From positions 1 through 42,501 of the forward strand of contig CAVYSY010000029.1 in NCBI GenBank assembly GCA_963771175.1: 42,501 bases of DNA, written 5' to 3'. The notes under the pieces are model-generated. The model did not search any database and was not told the DNA's origin. It saw nothing but the letters and a program-made list of their open reading frames with translations. The position numbers and the translations under genes were made by a program. Source of the DNA: an uncultured delta proteobacterium (GTDB lineage: Bacteria; Myxococcota; Myxococcia; Myxococcales; Myxococcaceae). The stretch's first letter is position 1. Every line of letters starts with the position of its first letter. This document shows, one piece after another, positions 11,812 through 21,586 of this stretch.

Positions 11812-12859
11812 GCTGGTGCTGGCGTGGCTGCTGACACGCGGGGAGGGGTGGGGTGCGCGGAGTGAGTTGTCTCGTGCACTCAAGTCGTTCGCCGATCACC
11901 GGTGGAACCCCAGCGAGTGGAATACCCGACTCGACGAGTCGCTCGCGGCGCTCGAGGCGGGTGGGCTCGCCCTGCGCAAGGCGCGCAATGCCCTGGAGCT
12001 CACCGCCCAGGGACGCGCGCATGCCCTGGCGTGGCTCGGGGTGAAGCGCCTGCCCGAGGGCACCACCTGGAAGAAGCTCAAGAACACGCACCTCCTGGCA
12101 CGGGTGCTGGAGCTGCCTCCGTCCAACGGCAACCTGACCCGGCTGGGCACCGCCAATGGGATGCGCGCGGTGCTCGTGCAGAAGCACCTCGGCACCGCGT
12201 CCCCCGGCTCCAGGAGCCTCACCCAGGTGCGCGACGCGCTGTGCTGGAAGCAGCTCGGCGTCGAGTCGGACAAGCCCTTCACCCTGGCCGCCGTGCAGGC
12301 GGTGCTGCTCGCCCGGGCCCTCCAGGCCTCGCGCGAGGCCGAGCCCATGCAGGCCATGCGTCAGCTCGCGGCGAAGAGCGTGGGTGCCCGGCGCGCGGAC
12401 GCGGACAGCCTCCGTCTGGCGGCCCTGCGCTCCTGGCTCGTTCCCTCCTCGGAGCCCCTCACCCCGGCCCCGCGAGCCGAGCCCGTGGCCGAGCAGCCGG
12501 CTGCCTCCCCCCCGGGGAGCAACGAGCTGGCCGGCCCCGTGGATACGTCGTTCTTCGATGCGACTCCCCGCCAGGAGGATCTCCGCACCTTCGCCGAGCG
12601 GGTGAAGGAGGCGGCGAAGGCCTCGACGACGGGGCACTTCGGCGAGGACAAGATCTTCATCTCCCACGTCTGGCGCACCCTGCGGAACCAGGTCCAGGGC
12701 CTGGACGATCGGACCTTCAAGGACAGGCTGGTCGAGGCCAACCGGGAGCGGCTCCTCTCCCTGAGCCGGGCCGATCTGGTGGAGGCCATGGATCCGACGG
12801 ACGTCGCCGACTCGGAGACGCGCTACCTCGGCGCCACCTTCCATTTCATCGCCTTGTAG
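11780..12859 (+). CDS. Hypothetical protein with probable winged-helix DNA-binding domains
   Basis: ATG at 11780 after GGGAGG, overlapping the nuclease gene; N-terminal LELTAQGR wing-like motif; C-terminal FGEDKIFISHVW...FKDRLVEA...LSLSRADL domain; native codon usage. Confidence 0.75.
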   Translation: MEGQEISRLGELVLAWLLTRGEGWGARSELSRALKSFADHRWNPSEWNTRLDESLAALEAGGLALRKARNALELTAQGRAHALAWLGVKRLPEGTTWKKLKNTHLLARVLELPPSNGNLTRLGTANGMRAVLVQKHLGTASPGSRSLTQVRDALCWKQLGVESDKPFTLAAVQAVLLARALQASREAEPMQAMRQLAAKSVGARRADADSLRLAALRSWLVPSSEPLTPAPRAEPVAEQPAASPPGSNELAGPVDTSFFDATPRQEDLRTFAERVKEAAKASTTGHFGEDKIFISHVWRTLRNQVQGLDDRTFKDRLVEANRERLLSLSRADLVEAMDPTDVADSETRYLGATFHFIAL

Positions 12860-12893
12860 TCGCTTCCTTCCGCGCGGGTGCAAGGGGTTCCCG

Positions 12894-15800
12894 ATGAGCC
12901 AGTCCGATTTCCGCCTCGCCGCCTTCCTCTCGGACCGCACCGAGGTCTTCCACTCCATCCAGCACCGCCATGAGATCTGGCGGCCCGATCCGTTCGACGT
13001 GGAGCGGGTCCACCAGGAGGCGCGCACCTCCTTCGAGCGCCTGCTCACCCGTGCCACCACGCCACCGGGCCTGGACTCGGGGCGCATCCTGCTGCTGCTC
13101 GGCGAGTCCGGCTGCGGCAAGACGCACCTCGTCCGCGCCTTTCGTGCCCGCGTCCATGAGCAGTCGCTCGGGTTCGTGGGCTACATGCAGATGACGACGT
13201 CCACGTCCAACTATGGGCGCTACGTCCTCAACAACCTCATCGAGTCGCTCGACCTGCCCTACTGCGAGCCCTCTCAGCCCGGCTCCGGATTGATGAAGCT
13301 CTCCAGCGCGCTCTTCTCGCGCTGTGGCAAGTGGGCCGCCGGCCTGTCGCAACCCGACACGGACCCGGACGACGTCCATCAGATCATCAGCGACGCGGCC
13401 GACGAGCTCAGCACCCTGCCCGCCTTCGCGGACCTCGAGCTGGATCTGCTGCGCGCGCTCCTCTACCTCCAGCGCAACGAGACGCCCATCAAGAAGCGCG
13501 TCATCAAGTACCTGCGCTGCGAGGATCTCTCCGAGTCGGACCGCAAGGTGCTCGGAGGCATGGTGCCTCGCATCCACGACGAGCATCCCAAGCAGATGGT
13601 GGAGGATCTCGGCCGGCTCGATGCGGGCACTGGAGCACTCGCTCGTGCTGTGCGTGGACCAGCTCGAGGACATCTACGAGCCCAACGACGCGGGCAACCC
13701 CTTCCGGCGGGCCATGCAGACGCTCTGCGACCTGGCCGACCGGGTGCCCTCGTCGATCATCGTCATCAGCTGCCTGCGAGACTTCTGGCAGGCGATGCAC
13801 GCGCAGCTCACGCGGCCCATGCTGGACCGGATCACCTTGGATCCCGCGCCCATCACCCTGCAGGGCCTGCGCACCGCCGAGGAGGCCCGCCTCATCGCCG
13901 AGCGGCGCCTGGAGCATCTCTACGAGCAGGAGAACGCGCCCTTCGATCCGGCCGAGCCCACCTATCCCTTCCCCCACGAGGGCTTCGAGGCGCTGGCCGG
14001 CATGCGCGCCCGCGACGTGCTCAACGAGTGCCGCCGCTACCGGGAGCTCGCCATCCGGGAGGGCCAGCTTCCCGAGCACTTCCCGCTCGTGGACGCGCTG
14101 CCGGGGAAGGGCGAGCAGGGTGGCACTCCACAGCCCCCGCCCACCGCCTCGGCGCTGGATCCGCTCTGGAACGATTTCCGGGCCGCCTACGCGGGCGCAC
14201 CTCCGGATGATGACTCCGAGCTGGCGGTGCTCCTCGCCTGGGCCTTGAGGGCCAGCGCGGACGAGGTGGACACCGGACACCGCTTCGAGGCCAAGACTCT
14301 CGGCGAGTCCATCCACGTGGACATCTCCCCCGGAGACACGAAGCTCCACGTCGCCCTGTGCAACAGCAAGCCCAACGGTGGGGCACTCGCGCGACAGATC
14401 GACCAGGCCCGGAAGGACGCCAAGGGCCGCACGCCCGTCGTCGTCCGCTCCACCGCCTTCCCCAGCAACCCGAAGACCCAGGCCGCCGAGGAGCTCGGCA
14501 GGCTCATCAGCAAGGGCGGGCGCCGCGCGGTGCTCGAGGACAGCGATCACCGCACCCTGCTCGCGTTGCGCGAGTTCCGAAAACAGCACGAGGCCCGCGC
14601 GGACCTCGCCGACTGGCTCCGCTCGGCCCGGCCCCTCACGCAGACCAAGTCACTGCGCGACATCCTCGACCTGGACCACCTCCGTCCCGCGGCCCGTCCG
14701 GCTCCCGCTTCCCAGAAGCCCGCCGCCGCTCCAGCCGTCGCCACCCAGCCGCTCCCCGTGATTCGCACCGAGCCAAAGCCCGCCGCTCCTCCGGCTCCCA
14801 CTCCCGCGCCCAGGGAGCCGCCCCGGAAGCTCGAGCCCCTCCGCATCGGTGTGCTGGACAGCCTCTCGAAGGACTCCGTCTCCCTCGAGCCCCGGGAGCT
14901 CATGCAGCACGCCGCGTTCCTCGGTGGCTCCGGGAGCGGCAAGACGACGCTCGCGCTCAACGTGGTGGAGCAGCTCCTGCTCCAGGGCATCCCCACCATC
15001 CTCGTCGATCGCAAGGGAGACCTCGCCGGCTACGCCAACGACGCCGTCTGGACGCGCCCGCTCGATGACCCGCGCCGCTCCGAGCGTCGGGCCCTCCTGC
15101 GCGAGCGGCTCGACGTGGCCCTCTTCACTCCCGGGCACCCCCACGGTCGTCCGCTCGCCATCCCCATCGTCCCCGAGGGGCTCGACTCGCTGCCCGAGTT
15201 CGATCGCAAGCAGGCCACCCAGCACGCGGCCGAGGCGCTCGGCGGCATGCTCGACTACAAGCACAACGGGCGCGACAAGTCCTGCCGCACCATCCTCACC
15301 CAGGCGATTGATCAGCTCGTGCAGCTCTCGCCCGGCGGCGTCTCCCTGGAGAAGCTCGTCTACTTCATCGACGAGAAGGATCCTCGCCTGGTGAACGCCG
15401 TGGGCAGGCTCGACACCAAGCTCTTCGAGAAGCTCGTGCAGGACCTGGAGACGCTCCGACTCAACTCCTCCGTGCTGCTGGCCAGTGGCGGCGAGAAGCT
15501 CGACATGGATCTGCTGCTCGGCCGCGGCGCCCACGCGCAACCGGGCAAGACGCGCCTGAGCGTCATCAGCACCAAGTTCCTCGGGGACAACAACAACGTC
15601 CTCTTCTGGGTGTCCCAGCTCCTCATCGAGGTGTCGCGCTGGCTCAACCGCAATCCCTCCAACGCGCTGCAGGCCGTCCTCATGTTCGACGAGGCCGACC
15701 TGTACCTGCCCGCCACGCGCCAGCCCGCCACCAAGCAGCCCATGGAGAACCTCCTGCGGCGCGCTCGCTCCGCGGGCCTGGGCCTGATGCTCGCCACCCA

Positions 15801-16104
15801 GAGCCCCGGCGACTTCGACTACAAGTGCCGCGACACCATCCGCTCCTGGTTCGTCGGCCGCGTGAAGGAGAAGAACTCGCTGGAGAAGATGAAACCCATG
15901 CTCAGCGAGGCCCGCGTGGACTTCTCCGCGAAGATCCCCACCCAGGTCACCGGCGAGTTCCACGTCCTCCGAGAGGGCAGGGTGGAGCGCGTCAAGGCCG
16001 ACCCCTCCGTGCTCGCCACCGAGCAGCTCTCGGATGATGAGTTGTTGCGCCTCGCCGCGCGTACACTGCCCGCCGCCGAGGAGGCCCGGCGCACCGGTTC
16101 GTGA
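12894..16104 (+). CDS. ~1069-aa fusion of an N-terminal AAA+-type ATPase and a C-terminal HerA/FtsK-like (DUF87/DUF853-type) ATPase; +1 frameshift near 13619 as sequenced
   Basis: Walker A GESGCGKT with Walker B LVLCVDQLE; Pro/Ala linker; second Walker A GGSGSGKT, LMFDEAD, RRARSAG and LATQSP HerA motifs. ORFs 12894..14210 and 13324..16104 join at ggccggct(c)gatgcgg. Confidence 0.85.
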
Positions 16105-16169
16105 TTCCAGTGAGGGGGAGTGAATGGCCGCCTACGTCAAACCCACCCCCCTTCTGGGCGCACTTTTCA

Positions 16170-16217
16170 GAAACCTGTCCGACAGTCGGACAGGTTTTTC
16201 CAGAACGCGCCCGGAGG
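16170..16217 (+). repeat. 48-bp REP/MITE-like element with 27-bp palindrome AAACCTGTCCGAC-A-GTCGGACAGGTTT
   Basis: Perfect 13+1+13 palindrome at 16171-16197; 44/48 identical to the reverse complement of 25099-25146. Confidence 0.9.
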
Positions 16218-16377
16218 CCCCCTACTGGACCGCCTTTCCTCGGATGGCTTGGATGCCGCCTCCACCCCCCGCGCACACCAGGCTGTGCACCAGCCTTGAA
16301 GCTCGCGAGTCATGCCTCCGGTGAAACCAGACCCGCTCCGGTGCGTCAACGAGACGGACACCTCCGGAAGAGGGGAG

Positions 16378-18181
16378 TCACCCCTCGGGGATGTCCGTCA
16401 GCGCCAGCCGGAACTTCGCCGTCTTGCCCGCCTCGATGGGCACCGACAGCTTCCGCCGCTTCCCGTCCTCGCCCTTGATGCGCAACAGGTGTCTGCCCAC
16501 CGGCACCGGCGTGTTGAACAGCGGTGTCTTCCCCAGCGAGCGCCCGTTCAGGAACACCTCGGCCTGCGGCAGGATGAGCAGCGTCAGCGATCCCTGCTTC
16601 ACGCTCCGCACGGGCTCGCCCTCGCCCTCCTTCTTCGCGGCGGCTGGCGCGTCCTCCTTCTCCTGCGTCTCCGCCGAGGGCTGGGCTCCCACGGGCGGCT
16701 GCGCGGCCACCTCTGGAGGAGTGCTCGTCGTCGGCGGCTCGATGGGCCGCATCGCCGTCAGCTCCGCCACGTTCGGGAGCGGCTCGGAGGACTCCTGCGC
16801 TTTGATCGCCGCCACCAGCTTCATCGCCCCGAAGCCCCCGCCTCCCAGCACCAGCAGCCCGAGGATCACCGCCCAGAGCCGACCCTTCCCCTTCTGCTCC
16901 GGCCCCACCTGCTCGTGCTGCGCCGTGACCGCCGTCGTCCGCTGCTCCCGCGTCACCCGCCTCCCGGTCGTGGCCACCGGACTCGTCGCCGCGGCCTCGT
17001 CCGGATCCACCCCACGCGTCGGCCGCGCGGGCTCCTCGCGCTCCCGCCGTGGCGCCGGATCCTGGCCCGTCCGCTGCTTCGCCTCCGCCTTCGCGGGACT
17101 CGGCTCCGACGGACTCCGGGGCCTCGCCGCCCCCCAGCATCCGCGCCATCCCCGAGTCCACCTGCGCGCTCGCCTCGTCCGCGCTCTCCAGCAGCCGGCG
17201 CGTCCCCTCCATCCGATCCTGGAAGTTCTCGCGCATGAAGGCCGCGCGCTGCTCCGCGTCGAAGAGCAGGTTCCCCGCCGCCGCTTCGATGGCCCGCGCC
17301 ATCTCGCGGCCGTTCGGGTAGCGCTCCTCCCGCTCCCTCGCCAGCGCCTTGAGCACCACCGCCGACACCGCCTGCGAGATGGATGGCACCCGCGCCGACG
17401 GCACCGGGATGGGCGCCTCGAGGATCATCTCCATCTCCTGGCGCTCGGTCTGCGCGGCGAAGAGGCGCTCGCCGGTGAGCATCTCGTGGAGCATCACCCC
17501 CACGGAGAAGAGATCGCTGCGGCCATCGAGCGGCTCGCCGCGCACCTGCTCGGGCGACATGTACCCGGTGGTGCCCTTCACCACGCCCACCTGCGTCTGT
17601 CCCCGGCCGTCTCGCGCCTTGGCGATGCCGAAGTCCAGCAGCTTCACCACCCCGTCGTACGTCACCATCACGTTCTTCTGTGCCACGTCCCGGTGGATGA
17701 CGGGGTAGGGCTTGCCCCCGGGTGTGGTGAAGGTGTGCGCGTAGTGCAGCGCCAGGCAGACGTCTCGCGCCACCGACAGGGTGAAGCCCGGCGGCAGCGC
17801 CCTCGCCCTCCGGCGGCACACCCCGGCGATCTGGTTGAGGTTCTGCCCCGCGATGAACTCCATCGCCAGGAAGAGGCCCTCGTCGTCCTGCCCCAGCTCG
17901 AACACCTGGGCGATGTTGGGGTGGTTGAGCGCCGCGGTGATGCGTGCTTCATCCAGGAACATGCGCTCGAACTGCTCGTCGTCCCGCGCGCCCGGGAGGA
18001 TGCGCTTGAGTGCTACATACTTGCGGAATCCGCCCGGCCCGGAGGTGAAGCCCAGGAAGAGCTCCGCCATGCCTCCCACCGACAGCTGCGCGATCACCTG
18101 GAACTTCCCGATGCGCTCGCCCCAGTGCAGATCGAGGTTGGCGGAGCTGGCTGTCGAAGCGCCTCTGGCCGGTGCGGACAT
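16378..18181 (-). CDS. Hanks-type protein kinase with atypical RDVAQKN catalytic loop (DspB-like), TM segment and C-terminal PEGA domain; +1 frameshift near 17108 as sequenced
   Basis: LSVGGMAEL, VALKRI, HRDVAQKN, DFG, GTTGYMSPEQ, DLFSVG; the downstream frame (ORF 16378..17010) gives TM LWAVILGLLVLGGG and PEGA AEVFLNGRSLGKTPL; restored ~600 aa. Confidence 0.9.
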
Positions 18182-18189
18182 GGGGTGGA

Positions 18190-18460
18190 GGATAATCCAC
18201 AACCCCTGTGGACGGCCTGTGGATGGACCCTGGCCTCCCTGTGGATAACTGGCGGGCTGATCCAACCCCTGTGGGTGGCCGGGGAAAAGCGCCAACTTCC
18301 CCACATGTAGCAGAAACGGAGAACCTCAGTCCTTCCGAGAGGTTACGGACTTTTCCACAAGCCCACACCCCCTGCTGTTGCTCCTATTTGATTCAACATC
18401 TCAATTCACTCAGTACAGAAACAGAGGGGCCTGGGGAAAGTGTGGGGTTGTGGATCGCTC
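18190..18460. other. Probable chromosomal replication origin (oriC)
   Basis: Intergenic cluster of DnaA-box-like 9-mers: TAATCCACA 18193, TGTGGACGG 18207, TGTGGATGG 18218, TGTGGATAA 18240 (perfect), TGTGGGTGG 18270, CGGGGAAAA 18280, TTCCCCACA 18297, TTTTCCACA 18351 (consensus), AAGCCCACA 18359, TGGGGAAAG 18432, TGTGGGGTT 18441, TGTGGATCG 18449; DnaA-trio-like run 18372-18389; AT-rich tract 18385-18425; skew flips here. Confidence 0.82.
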
Positions 18461-18469
18461 CCGGGCGGC

Positions 18470-18757
18470 TCAGTGCCAGCCCCGGGTGAGCGAGACGAGC
18501 GTCAGGCGGGCCTTGGGGGCATCGAGCTCGACGCTCACGTCACAGCCGGCCAGCGGGAACTCCAGGGTGAGGGGAGCGTGATGGGGCAACAGGGAGCGCT
18601 CGTGCCAGGCCTGGACGGCCAGCCGGAAGAGCTCGCCCAGCAGGGCGTGGCGGGTATCCAGAGGCAGCAGGTCCATCCGCGGCTGGAGGGCGAGCGGAAC
18701 GAAGACGGTGAAGGACTGGGCCAGTTGCTCGGAGACAGCGGATTCGGTGGAAGCCAT
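18470..18757 (-). CDS. Small hypothetical protein (95 aa)
   Basis: ATG at 18757 with GGAGG directly upstream; globular-looking sequence MASTESAVSEQLAQSFTVFVPL... Confidence 0.7.
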   Translation of the reverse strand: MASTESAVSEQLAQSFTVFVPLALQPRMDLLPLDTRHALLGELFRLAVQAWHERSLLPHHAPLTLEFPLAGCDVSVELDAPKARLTLVSLTRGWH

Positions 18758-18945
18758 GCCTCCGGGTATTGCGAGATTCGTACCGAGAGTGAACCCCAGG
18801 AATTCCGGGGTGTTGGGGGAGTCCCCCTCGGGGTGGACCGTAGAAACTCCAGTGTTCCCGAGGGTGACCCGGTGAACGGGACGGGGTGGACCCCCTCGCA
18901 CCCAGGGGGGGCGAGGGCTATAGCCGAGAGGTCAGGGGTCCACAC

Positions 18946-21129
18946 ATGAGGCACGAAGCGAGCGCAGTCGGCTGGGTGTGGGTGCTGGGGGTGCTGCTGC
19001 TCACGGGGCCGCTGGGGGCCTGCCGTGACGAGAAGCCACCGCTGGTGGGCTCCTCGGGCCAGGTGCGCTTCTCGCAGCAGGCAGTGGCCTTTCCGGCCAC
19101 GTACGTGGGTGTCTCGCGGGAGGGCGAGCTCCGGGTGGGCAACGCGGGCCGGGCCCCGGTGCGGGTGACGTGGGGCCCGGTGCCGGCGCCCTTCGCGGTG
19201 GAGGGGCTGCCGGAGCGGGTGGAGGTCTCCGCGGAGTCCACGGTGAAGGTGCGCTTCGCCCCCACGGCGCTGGGGACGTACGAGGCCACGCTGGTGGGCA
19301 CGGAGGAGGGGGGCCGCACGGTGACGCTGCGGCTGACGGGCGAGGGCGTGCAGTCGCCGCCCTGCCCCATGCCGGTGACGTGCCACCGCTTCACCTTCGA
19401 CGCGGTGAGGGAGGAGTGCGTGGAGGAGGTGCTGGCGGACGGCACGGCGTGCGATCCAGGCAACGCGTGCGTGCTGGACGCGGTGTGCCAGGCGGGCCGG
19501 TGCAAGGGACGCGAGCTCGTGTGCGACGACGGCAACGCGTGCACCACGGACGTGTGCGGCCCGCTGGACGGGTGCCAGTCGGTGCCAGCGCCGCCGTGCC
19601 CAGGGGATGGGGCGTGCCAGGAGGGCTGGTGCGATCCAGGGAAGGGCTGCCAGCTCCGGCCGGCGGCCGACGGCACCTTCTGCGGCGAGGCGCGCGAGTG
19701 CGACCTGGCGGACGTGTGCGTGGAGGGGGCGTGCGTGAAGCGCGACCCGCCGGACGGCTTCGTGTGCGCGCCGGAGTCACCCTGCCAGGGCGAGGGCAGG
19801 TGCCAGGGCTCGACGTGCGCGCGGCCGCGGGCGATGCCGCTGGTGCCGGACTGGACGTACGACGCGCAGGCCGAGAACAAGGAACTGCACGACGTGCTGG
19901 TGGGCCCCGAGGGGGACGTGACGCTGGCGGGCTTCTTCGCGAGGCCGGTGCTGGGGGCGACGGAGGCCTCGCGGGTGGAGTCCCAGCTGTCGGCGCGGCG
20001 CTGCATGCTGTGGAACGAGCGGCTGCTGTGCATGGACTCGCCGCAGCAGGGGAAGGTGTCGCTGATGGAGCGGGCGACGGGGGCGCCGCGGTGGACGTTC
20101 GACCTGGCGAGGGCGAGGCCGGACATCGCGGCGAAGTCCTCGACGCTCTTCATGGCGCGGCTGGCGGTGATGGCGCCGGATCGCCTGGCGGCGCTCTTCG
20201 AGGCCTACCCGGCGGGCCAGAGCTCGGCCTCCCTGTGCCGGCTGTACTACCTGGTGGTGCTGGACGCGGCGGGGGGGATGGTGTCGGCGCAGGGGCTGGA
20301 GGATCCGCTGCTGTCCGAGTGCAACCACCCGCACCCCTTCGGGCTGGCATCGGACACGGTGGGGGACCTGTACGTGACGTTCTCCCCGACGGTGAAGGCG
20401 GAGGCGCCGCTGTCGGCGGGGGCGCCGACGCTGGTGATGGCGTTCTCGTCGGACGGAGTGCCGCGCTGGAGGAGGACGCTGCCCTTCCCGGGAGGAGAGC
20501 TGGGACTGGTGCGAGGGCTGCTGCTTCCGGAGGGAGGCACGGAGCCGCTGCGCACGTCGGATGGTACGCCGGCCTCGGCGCTGGAGTGGAAGCTGGGGCG
20601 GGCGGTGGCGACGCGCGAGGTGCTGGTGCCGAGCCCCCGGGACACGACGGTGAACCCGGACGTGGTGCCGGTGGAGTCCCCCGAGTTGAAGGGGTACACG
20701 GTGCCAGGGCTGAAGCCGGCGTGGACGTACCGGCTGCCCACGGGGACGAGCTTCTCCTCGAAGGAGCTGCGGCTGGGGACGTGGCCGGAGGGTGGGGTGT
20801 CGCGGACGATGGTGCTGGGCTTCGCGGCGGAGGGGCCGAAGCCGCTGCTGGTGGGGGTGCGGGCGAAGGACGGGAGCGAGGCCTTCCGCTGCGAGTTGGG
20901 CTACACGCCTCGGAGCGTGCCGCAGCTCTTCGAGCTGGGTCCGGGGGCGCTGACGCTGATGGACGGGGCGCGGAAGTGCGGCGAGTGCGATCCGCCCTTC
21001 GCGAGGAGCATGGCGAGGTTCCAGCGCTTCACCCTGCCGGGGCTGAAGCCGGCGGAGGAGCCGTGGCCGGGCACGTTCGGCGGACCGGGGCACGACCACC
21101 ACGAGGATCCGGTGCGCGCGGCGCCGTGA
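18946..21129 (+). CDS. Cysteine-rich ('tenascin-like') lipoprotein: Ig-like N-terminus, CDDGNACTTDVC-type repeats, probable beta-propeller C-terminus
   Basis: LLLTGPLGAC lipobox; VGNAG...VKVRFAPTALGTYEATL Ig-like domain; repeated DGTxC / CDDGNxCTxDxC units; WTYD/WTFD/WTYR repeats. Confidence 0.85.
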   Translation: MRHEASAVGWVWVLGVLLLTGPLGACRDEKPPLVGSSGQVRFSQQAVAFPATYVGVSREGELRVGNAGRAPVRVTWGPVPAPFAVEGLPERVEVSAESTVKVRFAPTALGTYEATLVGTEEGGRTVTLRLTGEGVQSPPCPMPVTCHRFTFDAVREECVEEVLADGTACDPGNACVLDAVCQAGRCKGRELVCDDGNACTTDVCGPLDGCQSVPAPPCPGDGACQEGWCDPGKGCQLRPAADGTFCGEARECDLADVCVEGACVKRDPPDGFVCAPESPCQGEGRCQGSTCARPRAMPLVPDWTYDAQAENKELHDVLVGPEGDVTLAGFFARPVLGATEASRVESQLSARRCMLWNERLLCMDSPQQGKVSLMERATGAPRWTFDLARARPDIAAKSSTLFMARLAVMAPDRLAALFEAYPAGQSSASLCRLYYLVVLDAAGGMVSAQGLEDPLLSECNHPHPFGLASDTVGDLYVTFSPTVKAEAPLSAGAPTLVMAFSSDGVPRWRRTLPFPGGELGLVRGLLLPEGGTEPLRTSDGTPASALEWKLGRAVATREVLVPSPRDTTVNPDVVPVESPELKGYTVPGLKPAWTYRLPTGTSFSSKELRLGTWPEGGVSRTMVLGFAAEGPKPLLVGVRAKDGSEAFRCELGYTPRSVPQLFELGPGALTLMDGARKCGECDPPFARSMARFQRFTLPGLKPAEEPWPGTFGGPGHDHHEDPVRAAP

Positions 21130-21229
21130 CTCCCCAGCGTGTCAACCTCGGAGGGGCTATCGCCGAGCACCACCTATCAGGTCATTATGTGGATGCGCCC
21201 GAGCCCCTCGGCGGTTATCATGGCATCGA

Positions 21230-21586
21230 ATGTCCATCTCCTGGCTTCCGGCCCAACACGAAAAAGTGTCCAAGGTGCTCGACAGACATCCTGCGGACAG
21301 CAATCGCTGTGAAACCGCAGCGAGAGAGATCCTCCCCGTTGCTCGTGAGATCGAAGCAGGTGCGCGAGCGCGGAAGCTGGTTCCACTCGAGGGCCGCTTC
21401 CTGGTCCCTCGGCGTGGGATGCGCTGGTGGGAGCATGTAGCCGTCCACGTGCAGCAGCATGTCGTCGATGCACTGACGGGGGCCGAGGGCACTGCTGAGC
21501 GCTCGTATCTCGACCAGCACTATCAATATTCCGATCGCCTGGCCTGGAAGGAGTGGGAGGAGGACGGGCGGGTGGCGAAGCAATGA
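21230..21586 (+). CDS. Hypothetical protein, putative papain-fold (Tox-PL-like) Cys-His-Asp enzyme
   Basis: NRCETAA...WWEHVAVHV..HVVDAL..G pattern; stop overlaps the next start (ATGA). The fold call is inference. Confidence 0.55.
   Translation: MSISWLPAQHEKVSKVLDRHPADSNRCETAAREILPVAREIEAGARARKLVPLEGRFLVPRRGMRWWEHVAVHVQQHVVDALTGAEGTAERSYLDQHYQYSDRLAWKEWEEDGRVAKQ

Noticed and set aside
16101..16478. Small ORFs containing TCPTVGQV (16101..16478, 15992..16276, 24466..25212)
   Set aside because: They are translations of the palindromic repeat, not a protein family.
19170..21440. Long alternative-frame ORFs (e.g. 19170..21440, 16391..18310, 27678..29774, 27718..29658, 30967..32589, 31533..33290)
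   Set aside because: Gly/Ala/Arg-rich shadow ORFs overlapping well-supported genes, expected at this GC content.
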